In this document: piece by piece, positions 14,932 to 58,185 of the stretch
How the letters are laid out: each line of letters begins with the position of its first letter
Numbering within the stretch: the stretch's first letter is position 1
NCBI GenBank assembly: GCA_964016885.1
Contig: OZ024743.1
Span: 186,186,001-186,250,000, forward strand
Direction of reading: 5' to 3'
Length of the DNA stretch: 64,000 bases
Source: Eledone cirrhosa
Taxonomy: Eukaryota
Notes under the pieces: model-generated
What the model saw: the letters and a program-made list of their open reading frames with translations, nothing else
Told to the model about the DNA's origin: nothing
The model's database searches: none
Made by a program: the position numbers and the translations under genes

Positions 14932-15247
14932 AACACTTCAGGGAGACCTGCAAAGAAAGTCAGTTGATTCAAACTCAATTATGCACCTAATTCCAGCAAT
15001 AAAACTTCAAATCTGAAAAAGAAAGGCAGTGCTCCAGCAAGGCCACAGCCCAACGATCGCAGGACCGCACAATTATATAGATATGTATTTATATATATAT
15101 ATGTAAAATACATACATATATACATATATATGTATATATATATATAAATAAATACATATATACACACGCATATGTATATACATACACATATATATACACA
15201 CACATATACATATATATACATATATATATATTCACAGATACACACAC

Positions 15248-15278
<31 letters not shown>

Positions 15279-16079
15279 GTATACACATAACATCATCATC
15301 AATCAAATAATTTTTCATGGGTATACATAAACACACATGCATACATGTACACACACACATATATATATATATATATCAGAATCTTTTATATTCATGCGAT
15401 AATAGGAAGTTCTTTATTGGAAAGAATCTGGGTTGGATTATGATGTAGTTTTTTTAAAATTTTTCTGAAGAAGTTATGGACCTAGTTTAAATAGATATTT
15501 GAGGTAAAATATCCTGCTATATAGAAACAATTGATTTTAGAATAATTATGAATAATCATTATCTATTTCATATATGTTTATATGGATATTTATAATTCTG
15601 GAACCACTGTGGAGCAACATGGTAATAATATTCCATGTAACAAGTAAAAAAACAAAAAAACAAGAAAAAAAACATCAACTCTAAATTTTCTTCATTTGTA
15701 AATTAAACAATCTAATTATTTTTTTTTAAATCAATGGTTTTTCTCTACTTAATTCCTTTTTGTTTTTGCTGATTGTCATATTTCATCTCACCAATTTCTG
15801 TGATTATATTCCGTTATGTTATATATCCATTATTTTTCTCTTTCCTATTTGTTATTTTGTCAAAGAAATATCTTTTCGTTTTGTATTTTTTGTTGTTGTT
15901 TTATTTGTTTTTGTTTATAATTCATTTTTTCTCTCCAGAAACTAAATGATTAAATAAAATTTTTAAGGACTGTTTCACGGAAAGTTTTCGAGTGTGAAAA
16001 GAGCAAAGAAGGTTATGGTGAGCATGATATGAAAGATCACATTTTTGAATTATTTTAGGCAGGAAAGAAATATAATGTA

Positions 16080-16217
<138 letters not shown>

Positions 16218-16256
16218 TGTATATATATATGTATAAATATGTACATATATATATAT

Positions 16257-16672
16257 GTATAAACGTTTGTATTTGTAAAGCCAAAACAATGCAGGTATGG
16301 ACATAGAATAAAAATACAAATGCAAAAGATATTGTTGACAACTAGTCTTTTACCTTAAATTTATTTAAATGTCCTTAATTTTCGAGATAATATCTCTTCT
16401 TCGGAGGTAAGTAAAGCTGTTAAACCAGTGTTCTAAATACCTTGGCAAGTTATTTAGAACACTGGTTTAACAGCTTTACTTCCCTCCAAAGAAGAGATAT
16501 TATCTCGAAAATTAAGGACATTTAAATAAATTTAAGGTAAAAGACTAGTTGTCAACAATATCTTTTGCATTTGTATTTTTATTCTATGTCCATACCTGCA
16601 TTGTTTTGGCTTTACAAATACAAACGTTTATACCTCATTACACAATGCTTCAAGTGAACTATAACTTCCTCC
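16257..16672. mobile_element. Fold-back insert in (TA)n: 377-bp near-perfect palindrome 16257-16633 plus ~40-nt tail
   Basis: Arms read as reverse complements, centre cttg-g-caag at ~16445. Confidence 0.9.
16373..16407 (-). ncRNA. Variant minimal hammerhead (CCGAAGA core)
   Basis: CCU-CCGAAGA-A-GAGAU.AUU.AUCUC-GAAAAUUA^AGG; the + strand mirror has CCAAAGA. Confidence 0.45.
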
Positions 16673-17625
<953 letters not shown>

Positions 17626-17824
17626 GCATATATACACACTCCTGAGCCTGCGGTCTTTATTGTCACCAGATGTCTTGCCTCGGCTTATGTCTGGCTCATG
17701 TCATTAGAGCGGAGAGTGTCTATGAGGTGTTGTGCAAGCCTTATTGAATTTTAAAGTTCTGTACAGGCATTGCTGACTTAATAATTCAGCAGTGGTCTTC
17801 CTCTGACACAAGTGGAAAATGATC

Positions 17825-17911
<87 letters not shown>

Positions 17912-17976
17912 CATACATATATACATATAATGTTATATATTTGTTTGTATATATGATTCTATATTTATCTATATGT

Positions 17977-18021
<45 letters not shown>

Positions 18022-18079
18022 CACATGCAGACACACACAAATTTATATATATATATATACACATACACACACATATATA

Positions 18080-18140
<61 letters not shown>

Positions 18141-18748
18141 TAAATAAAGAAATAATATATTAGATAAAGCTAAACCTCCTTGAGCAGAAGATGTTGGGTG
18201 GCATGATTTTATATGGAGCAGGACAATAGTATTCAGCACACTGACCACACAGTAATGTGTAGATCACCTTATCAGCACTAGTCATTGATGTGAAGCAGAA
18301 AAATAGAAAAATATTGGTTGATATCCAAGTTTTGGTTTACATTTTGTTCCTTTTATGTTTAATCAGAAACATTTATTGAGGGGTTTAAAGGCGTTTCCAT
18401 CACCTGCAGGCCTTGGAAATTTACCACCCTAGAATGCTGCTGTATATTTTTATACATACATTGTTGTTTGAATGTATATATGTATACATTTATGTCTGTA
18501 TCCATGTAGGTATATATATATGTATACATGTATTTATGTATATATATGTATGCATGTATGTATATATCTGTATGTATACAGGATAGATATTTCCTTTATG
18601 CATATATACACATACACACATGTACATATGTACATTTGACATACATGCATACATAAAGATACATGTATACTAAATACTTAATATATGTTAGGGTGTAGGC
18701 ATGTATAAATGTCGTCTGCATGTATCAATTAATGCATGTAATCCTCTG

Positions 18749-48984
<30,236 letters not shown>

Positions 48985-49859
48985 CTGAAAAAAAAAAAAA
49001 AATGGCTATTAATTTCATTCATTCATAAAAAAGACAGCTTGAATAAGTTACTTATTTTTGATTTAAAGACAATTTGAATGTGATATATAAAAGTTTATAA
49101 ATAGCTTCAAATTCTGAAGTTCTAAAATTTACATAGATGGTGGGAAGTCTAAAATATATTTCTCAAAAAGTTTTCCATGTCTTCGTCTCCAACCATAAGA
49201 TTTACAAAAACATCCAATTCAAGAATAAAAAAAAAAAAAAAATTTGCATTGACATGTTGGTTAACTTACACAAGACAAAATACAAATTACAAAATGTGTT
49301 ACACTCTGATATCAATCTTTATAACATTTTCATATTTTAGAAAATCTTACATCTCTAATGTATCCCATCATTATAAAAACACAAAAAGAAGAGAAAGGCA
49401 AGGGCTCTAGGCCCACAGAATAATGGGAGAGTGAAGGGGGATGGTGATGGGCTTAGGGTGCAGTGGTGTTGGGGCTGCACCCCTCGGACAAGACCACAAA
49501 AGCATTTCCATGGACAATGACCAGTGACACCCACTGCAACAGCCACCCCAACTCACAGGGCTCCTTCCTCAGACCGGCTGCTGATGTTCTGATCTTGAAG
49601 AGGAACTCGGTAGTATGGAGTCTGAGTACACCTGAGGTCTCAATGGTAAGCATTTTTTTCTTTTTTTTTTAGAAAAGATTCTTCATTCTTTAGAATAGTA
49701 GAAGAGGATTAACAAATATTAGAAAGAATTAGAATGCACTATATTGTCAAATAAATATATCTTTATTATTGAAGTCCTTCTTTAAAGTATTTATTTTAAT
49801 TTTTAATTATGCAAAAATAAAAGATAAAATCCACAATTTACATAAATCAGAACAACAAA

Positions 49860-50480
49860 AGATATAATCACTACACACATCACACTCTCTTTGTACATGA
49901 ACAGCACATAACTCAGACTTTTAAAATCATTACAAATGCTATATCTCACAATATCTGATGATTTCTCATGAGGATTTTACACATAAAACAATGTTAAACC
50001 TAACCAAAAAGTACACTTTTTCAAAGCTCAAGTAAGACCTACATTATAGTAATGCTGACATATCTGGGATATTGCTGCTACTATACATACAGACATTTTA
50101 GATGGCATTCAAAAAAGGGTTGTTCAACTGACTGCCAATGTCTCACTCAATAACAAAGTATAACTATGAGCTCACAAACAAGCTGCTTGTACTCTCTGTC
50201 TTTACTACCATTACTACAACAGGCCTCTGCTCATCTGAAATAGCAAGCTGCATACTACCTGCAACAAAATGCATCAAATTATTTTCAACACTACAGTATA
50301 TCAATCCCAGATCCTGCATTAAACACTTTGAACAAACTTCTTTCCCCAGAATTGCACCTTACTGAAATTTCTTCCTCTTATATTTTTTTCCCCTTCAGAT
50401 GTTGATTTGAAGCTGTTCAATGTTTGACTCATTAATTGAATTCTTTGAGTAGGTAGCCAAATTCGTCACTTGTCTAGGGG
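49860..50480 (+). mobile_element. Decayed Jockey/CR1-like LINE 3' end
   Basis: TLFKAQVRPTL..C.HIWD, ILDGIQKR, CSSEIA, FPR remnants. Confidence 0.6.
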
Positions 50481-50766
50481 GGAGTGGAATAATGTATAAA
50501 ACTCAAACTTAGCAATTTGTAGCAACACAATTACAGTGCCATACCTAAAGTAATGATTTAACTCTTTCATTGCCATATTTCTAATAACATACACTGTATT
50601 TTGATTAATTAACAAAGAATTTGGAGGGATTTAGTAAAACTATTTATTATGCCATTATTAAGAAGATTTTATTGGAAGATTTTAATTTAAATAGGAACCC
50701 TTTAAAATGGGTGGTTTTGTTTTATAGAACCAGAGGTAGTTTTTGGGCAGGTTGATATCAAAATAG

Positions 50767-50814
<48 letters not shown>

Positions 50815-53800
50815 GGTCATTAATGTTTAGGGTGAAAATTGCAGTACATTCCTTTGTCAATTCATTCAGTTTATATGTTATAAATAGTGGACAGTGTTTG
50901 TTTTTTGGCATTTGATTTTCGGAATTTTATATATTAACCCTTATAAAATGATGGGACTATCATATTTTGGGCTAGAAAGAAGAAAGTGCCAATCTCTTCA
51001 TGAACATATGTATTTTTCTTTGTCTATTGCAATTCAGATATATTAAATAATTGTTTCTACTTTTGGCACTAGGCCAGCAATAATCCCAGTGAATTACTGG
51101 TACTTTATTTTATCAACCCCCATAAGGATGAAAGGCAAAGTTAATCTTGACGGGATTTGAACTCAGACCGTACAGGGCCGTAACTCTATGTTGTAAAGCA
51201 TGGCATCTGGCCCTTTACTGATACTGCCAAGCCACTGCCATTTATTAATATATATTAAATAATAACGCCTATATGTTTTTGTGTCTCATAAAAAAAGCAG
51301 TAGTTCTTATTCCCAATAACTTAAAAAAATCTGGTTGTTATTATCTTATGTTAAGTAACCTACACCCACAAAGGTATTCACTCATAATAATAAATGTAAG
51401 AAAATTGACCCAGAAAAATGGCACCACACAAATTTCAAAACAGATAGAGGTTGGATCCAACAGCCTGAACATTTTGCATGATAACTCCATGAGGTGACTT
51501 GCACCTAAGGTTCTGCACACCAGAAATAATTCTTCTACATTGTTTAGGCATATATTACTGGTGTAGTGATGACATATATATAGATAAATGTATATCATTT
51601 ATGTATGTGTAGTTGTTTGAATAGACAGAAAATGTTGGATTATTTTGGCAGAGTACACAAAGGGTTAAGTTAAGAGAATATCAGGTTCACTAAGTATTCA
51701 GTTGTTCAATAAACTAAACTTCTGACTTTATGTAATGTTTAAAGAACAGATAAAAAACAAAACAAACCAAAACAAACATATGTAGTTGTTACACTCAGAT
51801 ACTCTCAATATCATATGATGACTGTATTCTAATTATATTTCAGTGTTCAATCCAGTTTATTCAGAGCTTTTTATATTGATGTTGTATCTATCTTGCTTAA
51901 ATACTACTCTAATATATATTAGTTTTATTTATTATCTCATACTGCAATAACATACTGCATTGCAGGTTTACAGTTTTGTAGTTATATTGACCAAACTTTG
52001 TCTTAGTATTGTATTATAGTTGAGAGATATTTATCTAAATGCTTCAGTAATTCTAGCAAGGACTTGCAATAGCTCAATAGATCAAGTGTTAAATTCTCAC
52101 TAGAAAAGTTGTAAGTTCATATGCTGCCATGGCATTATAAAGCATTCAAATCTGAATGCCTCTGTTAAATTAAAGCAAGAAAAATAGTGACATGATCAAT
52201 TGATGGTAGAACACTGAATTAATAAGCTATTGATCAATCAAAGGAGTTTGGAATATAATTGAGACTCTACCTCTTTTCTCTTAGCAGGGATTATGGCTAA
52301 AGCAAAGACTTGTGAATGTTATTTTATTGAAATAAATGCAATTATGTTTATTTGTTCAAGAAATCTATCTTTCTGTAATACAAGCAAAGGAAAATAATTT
52401 CCAAATGCTGAATTCTTATTTTCTAGTTAGGGTAACATAAGAAACAATAAAGCTGCACCTCTTTGGAATTCCCATAAACCCTTTAATTTTGAGAAGTTTA
52501 ATGTCCAGCACGCATTCATTTATTAATTCAATAGTGATTCAAAATTAAATTTCTTTGAATTCCTGTCAAATTAACATAAACCTTTGTGCAGGTAGCCAAA
52601 CTCCTCTCTAGTCTAGAGAGGTTTGTAACTATGTTCAAAACTCAAACTTCAATATCATGTTCATGAACCAAAGTTGAAGGGACTATAAGTCTTTTAAGTG
52701 CTAAAACAGCACATCTCTAGATTCACATTACTTGATACATTTCCCTCATTCCCTCATATGATATAAATATAATAAATACTATATAGAAAAAAGCAAAATA
52801 AATAAACAAACACACAAAAAGTACAGAGTTAAAATGGATGTTGAAAACTGATTTCTTTGTCATTGGTAAGATTTTTGTATTCATATCCTTAACATTCTTC
52901 TCAACATGCAAGAAACACAAGTGAAATATGAAGAATAGGCAACAAACATTTGAAAGGAACTGAAGCAGGATTGAAGTGGGAGTAGGTAATATTTTGAAGA
53001 TTTTAGTTAAATGTTTTGCAATATTTATGACTACAGAAAGCAGTTGAACGAATGAATTATTTCAAAAACCAAAGTATTCAATGATAAATTATATGGCTTC
53101 ATGTAAATAGTTGTTCAATTCATAAAACATTTTATTGTGGCATGTATTCAGTAACTTGTTGAAAAGTATTTCTTTTAGTTGAAATAACATTACTTTTTCA
53201 TATTTTTTTTCAGTGTATATATTGCGTTTGTGTGCCACTGTACATGGTTTTCTGTAATAAATGTATAGCCTTATCAAAGCTAAGCACCAGTCTTATGAAC
53301 GGTTGTGTTTTTATGAAAGGATTACTTTCAATTTTTCTTTTTTTTCTTTTTATCATATCAGTTCTGTGTATGATACTTCCTTTTAACAAAATCATTGCAG
53401 CCATCATTAATTCTTTTCCTTCATTGATTGAAATGAGACAAAATGGTGCGCAATTCAAATGAAAAAAGAAACTAAAAAAGAAGACAAAAAACCCAAACAA
53501 CAACAAAAAACACTTCTGTTGCTACCACCCTCAGTACCACCGCAACCACAACAGCAGCAGCAGCAACAATAAAAGCATCAAGTATTGAAAATAAAAGTGA
53601 AAAATGAAATTTTCTCTGTACTGGTGCCACATATTCTTTAGAAGATTGCTGCATTGTATGATATTTATATTATTCAGGCTTATCATTAGATTTGCTCTTG
53701 TTTTCTACCATAAAATACACAAGTACAAGTGTTTATTCATTAGCAATTTAACTCTACACATTATTTCAAATTCTTTTTGTTTTATAAACACACACACACA

Positions 53801-54200
53801 GTCGCTCATAAACACACACACAAACATCTCACGACCATTGCCAACAACAATAACACGCACACATGCACTCACACAAAACACACATGCACACATACTCTTG
53901 CACACCCACCCACCTGCTCAATGAAGCCTAGTCCTATACCTCAAGCATGAAATTATGAACGACAATGTCTGTTTAAACAAACAGGAAATCTTAGAATTCT
54001 ACAAAGAGATCAATGAGACGTCATTTACATAAGTTATTTATGAAATGAACAGCAAACTTAGAAGCCAGCAAGCCGACAACCCAGAATGCAAAGAATACAT
54101 TCTGAGTGGAATGAGTTAACAAGTGGGGTTGTTAAGTCAAGAATCGATCATCAAATGCAAAATTAGGCCAACTCTGCTTTGTATATATATATATATATAT

Positions 54201-54590
54201 ATATCAATGATATTAATAAATGGAAACTATATTTATAAAACCATATTTATTTTATTATATATATTTCAAGGGTGCCAAAATTTTGGTACGCTCTCATCAG
54301 ATAAAATACAAAATTTGTTTTATAAATGTTGACATACCTAAGAAACCAGACCTTATCGGTTCAGGTTCAGTTTGGATAGTTTATAAAACAAATTTTGTAT
54401 TTTATCTGATGAGACCATACCAACATTTTGGTACCCTTGCAATATATATAATAAAATAAATATCGTTTTATAAATAGAGTTTCTATTTATTAATATCATT
54501 GATATTATACTCCAGAAAATCTATAGAGTACTTCGAATCTTTTATGAATAAATTTGTTGAACAACCAACAAATTAAATATCTCTTTGCTT
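54201..54590. mobile_element. Fold-back insert in (TA)n: arms 54201-54324 / 54379-54505 plus tail
   Basis: Diverged inverted arms with CTGATGA cores, ~55-nt spacer. Confidence 0.8.
54248..54308 (-). ncRNA. Type I hammerhead ribozyme (AUA triplet); + strand mirror at 54398-54458 has GAAA->GCAA
   Basis: UAUUUUAU-CUGAUGA-GAGCGUACCA..UGGCACCCUU-GAAAU-AUAU-AUA^AUAAAAUA; 8-bp stem I. Confidence 0.65.
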
Positions 54591-55287
54591 ATATATATAT
54601 GAATATATATATAAGACTCCCATCAGTCACAAATGACCAGGGTTTTGTACCTAGAAAGTTTCCCTCCGAGGCACAAGCCTGGGCAAAGTTGTTTGTGGAA
54701 GATCAACAGTCACCCACCATGCATACCAGTCTCCCCCCTCCACACCACTTATGTTGTCCAAGGTAAAGGCAATGGCCGATACAGCTTGGCACGAGTGACG
54801 TCACAATTCATTTCTACAGCTGAGTAAGCTGGGGCAATGTGAAATAAAGTGTCTTGCTTAAAGACACAACATATCACCTAATCCAAGAATCGAACTCACA
54901 ACCTCTCAATTACAAGCCCTCAGTAGAGGGTTGCACACCATGCTTTGCAGCACAGTTACGTCCCTTTACGGACTGAGTTCAAATCCCGTTGAGGTTAACT
55001 TTGCCTTTCATCCTTACGGGGTTGATAAAATAAAGTACCAGTAATGCACTGGGTAATTGCTGGCCTTGTGCCAAAAGTAGAAACAATTATTATTATTAGG
55101 GTGGTGATTTGGCAGTATCGGTAGAGAGTCAGACACTATGCTTTGTAGCATAGAGTTATGTCCGTTTATGTTTTGAGTTCGAATACCACAAGGTTAACTT
55201 TGCCTTTCATCCTTTCATCAATCTAACCGACTTTCCCCTCCCCTCCAAATTACTGGCCTTGAGCCTATACTAGAAATAATTATTATT

Positions 55288-55605
55288 GGGCCTACTCTGA
55301 CCATGCGCCTATAGGCTAGCTAACTTGAGGAGAGGGGTGCTCTCCCTGGGTGCCCTAGAAGCGCAGGGTGGTTCAGGATTGGTGGGGTACCTGAAGCACC
55401 CCAGGGTCGTACACCCCCTATCGGGGAATTTATTTTGTTATGCATAGTTTATTTTATATTTTTATATTTTCATTGTTAAATTAGTCTTGCCATTGTGCAC
55501 TTTTACTCCACCTTATTGTAAACCCCACTGTCCCTGTCTCTGTATTGTCCCCTACATGTCGGCCCTGGTAGCTAATAAATGAAATCATTATTATTATTAT
55601 TATTA
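55288..55605 (+). mobile_element. Tx1/L1 3' end fragment
   Basis: gggcctact..., similar organisation to 61540-61830, AATAAA plus (ATT)n tail. Confidence 0.6.
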
Positions 55606-55995
55606 TAGTTGCATTTATCTTGCTTTATGTTCATACAAGTTATCACCAAGTCACAACCAGTGACCAAGAGACAACAAGGTCCGCCATGTTCAAGAAAGAA
55701 CATACATACACATACATGCATCTTTAGGTGTTTAGACTTGTGATGTACTTATATTGACAGAATCTTCTTTAGTATATGGGCAGTTCCCATTAGTACTATC
55801 TTTTGTATTTCTCCTATACGCGGGTTTCCTGGGATTTGCGATAAGTAATCATTAGACCCCTTGCGATAAGTAATCATTAGCCCCTACAACCACTGGTATT
55901 GTTTTAGTTCTCAATTTCCACATTTTTCCAATTTCTATCTCCAGGTCCTTATACTTGCTCAATTTTTCAAATGTTTTTATAGATACATTCTTGTC

Positions 55996-55997
<2 letters not shown>
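55606..55997 (-). mobile_element. 5'-truncated copy of the 62388-64000 R4/Dong element
   Basis: Nearly the same sequence as 62400-62790; internal ~24-bp duplication; bounded by (ATT)n. Confidence 0.85.
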
Positions 55998-56044
<47 letters not shown>

Positions 56045-56495
56045 GGCGACCTACGTAGGAAATCGTATTATCGTGAGCTCCACAAATGTTTGTTGTTTTC
56101 AGTTGTTTAAAATTGCCATTTATGGAAAAGTTTTATTGTTAACTGTATATAAGTGCACATACATTGTTTTCTGAAAAGAAAACTAAAAAAGATTGGGGCC
56201 TTGAGCCAAAAATTTAAACTTTTATAATTATCAAACAAAAATTTCTTTGAAAAAATCATGGACGACTCACAGTCACACCTTCCTCACAAACTAACACCTC
56301 ACACCGACACCACCATTGTAAATATTACTACGTTTGCCAACACTAAAAATATAAGCAGTAGCAGTAATTTAAATTTGTATCATGCAGACATTAATTTTCC
56401 GCCATTACCAATGACTGCAGGTGTTGAAGCCGCCACCCCACCACCACAGCGACAACAGAAACAAAAGAAAAAAAAAATTATCTCGTGACATCGAA

Positions 56496-58151
56496 ATGGA
56501 TTCACTCAGAATGGACTCTTCCACACCGAACACCACTGACGCCACCACCACCACAACTGAAACTAAAAATAACAATAACAAAAATAACGATAACAACAAC
56601 AGCAACAACAACAATGAGAATAAGAAAACCACTCTGTCTTTTGCCAGAGTAGCAAAAAAGTGCGAAGCAATCCAGGTAACTCAGGAGGAATTAGATGAAG
56701 CAAAGAGAATGGTAAAGAAAGATGGGTACAGGATAAGCCCCCCCCCCCCACCTAATAAAATGGAGCATCGGCGCCTATGCACCGTGTCTTATCGGACAAT
56801 TAACATAAAATCGCGCCGAGTGGAACGAGCATCCGAGTCCCAAATCCTAAAAGCTTTGGGACATGTGTGGAAAAAAAAAACCCACATCAGACGTGGGCAG
56901 AAATATGGAACCGTGGACGTGTTCTTTGGAACACCACAGGAGGCCAGAAAACACTCCATGACCCCATTAAGAAGTGACGACTTCACACTTGTCCCAAGCT
57001 ATTGTGGCCAGAGACTCGTGAAGATCAGGGTGACCCACGTTCCACCGGCCATCGAAATTCCCTGGCTAATGGCTGCGGTCCTCGCCGGCATCGAGGCCAA
57101 CACCAAGATAATCGAAATAGCGAAAGAAAAGCAGGAGAACTGGTCCGGATCTGGGATAGAGCTCCTGATCCAAGCGGACCAAAAAAGCATTGAGGAGATC
57201 CCAGAGGTAATAGACCTCACTGACGGCAGCCACCTCACCGTAATCGGCGAGGGCAGAAGGCCTAGGTGTGTCGTTTGTGGTGAAGGAACCCACCTAAGGG
57301 CTTTCTGCCCTCAGGCTAAAAGGTTGAGGCCACCTCTCTTACCAACCCAAGTGAGTCAACCATCAACACCACCAGCAGCAGAAATGGCAGCAACAACAGA
57401 AGCAACTGTAACAGCAGCAACCCCAGCAACAGTAGCAAAACCAACACCACCACCACCCAACGCGCCAGAACTAGCACCAGCGCCTACACCATCCACCACG
57501 CCCCAACCAAAACCAACTCCTGTGGAGGATTTTCCACTCCCCGACCTATCGCAACTGGAGGCAGATTGTGACGACGAGGAGTGGGAAACGGTATCAAGAA
57601 AAAAAGAAAAAGAAGCCAAAAAAGAAAAAAATCCTCTTCCTTCCCCCTCCAAAAACAAAATACAGAAGGAAACAAATAAACTATCAAACAAAAAAGTTAG
57701 GACAGCTATGGCACCATCCACACCAGCATCACAAACCTCATCACCACAAACACCAACACCATCACCATCATTAACCCCAACACCACAAAAGTCACCAAAA
57801 AGCGAAACAGAAGCAAATCCACAACAAACGCAAACAAAACAAAACAACAAAAACGATACACACTACACAGCATTAAATTTGAACAACCAATTATTACACT
57901 ACATCCAACACAACACCAGCATCACAGAAAAAGACTACACAACAATCCCAAAGTTCAAACCACCTCCACACATACAAATCACTCGCATCACACAGAAAAC
58001 GTACACGACACTAAAACAAAAATTCCCCAAAGACATCGGAGACTTCCGACAAGCACTCTCCAGGAGGATTTATAAGGACATCCTTCCGGAGGAGGCCACA
58101 AGCAGTGAAAAGGATGGAGAAACCATCCTTCCTCTACGTGAAGTAAGGTAA
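56496..58151 (+). CDS. Tx1/L1 ORF1 (gag-like, zinc knuckle, Pro/Thr-rich)
   Basis: CVVCGEGTHLRAFC CCHC knuckle; SFARVA motif; first in-frame ATG at 56496. Confidence 0.8.
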   Translation: MDSLRMDSSTPNTTDATTTTTETKNNNNKNNDNNNSNNNNENKKTTLSFARVAKKCEAIQVTQEELDEAKRMVKKDGYRISPPPPPNKMEHRRLCTVSYRTINIKSRRVERASESQILKALGHVWKKKTHIRRGQKYGTVDVFFGTPQEARKHSMTPLRSDDFTLVPSYCGQRLVKIRVTHVPPAIEIPWLMAAVLAGIEANTKIIEIAKEKQENWSGSGIELLIQADQKSIEEIPEVIDLTDGSHLTVIGEGRRPRCVVCGEGTHLRAFCPQAKRLRPPLLPTQVSQPSTPPAAEMAATTEATVTAATPATVAKPTPPPPNAPELAPAPTPSTTPQPKPTPVEDFPLPDLSQLEADCDDEEWETVSRKKEKEAKKEKNPLPSPSKNKIQKETNKLSNKKVRTAMAPSTPASQTSSPQTPTPSPSLTPTPQKSPKSETEANPQQTQTKQNNKNDTHYTALNLNNQLLHYIQHNTSITEKDYTTIPKFKPPPHIQITRITQKTYTTLKQKFPKDIGDFRQALSRRIYKDILPEEATSSEKDGETILPLREVR

Positions 58152-58185
58152 GTGGTCTTTCCCATCTTTTCCACTCCATTTCAAC

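Larger units (their letters stand above)
14830..15073. mobile_element. Fold-back insert in (TA)n: hairpin 14831-14931 plus tail
   Basis: 48-bp arms, 5-nt spacer, hammerhead in each arm. Confidence 0.8.

Noticed and set aside
49453-49672. GC-richer segment ending in a + strand gtaagc donor-like site
   Set aside because: No acceptor or partner exons found; more likely a repeat fragment.
51341-51598. Minus-strand ORF containing LLDP, resembling the expected upstream alpha2delta exon
   Set aside because: No phase-0 GT donor at the right place and no DYQ..C motif; the next exon probably lies outside the window.
52882-52892. ATATCCTTAAC, U12-like signal on the + strand
   Set aside because: No exon or partner site on that strand.
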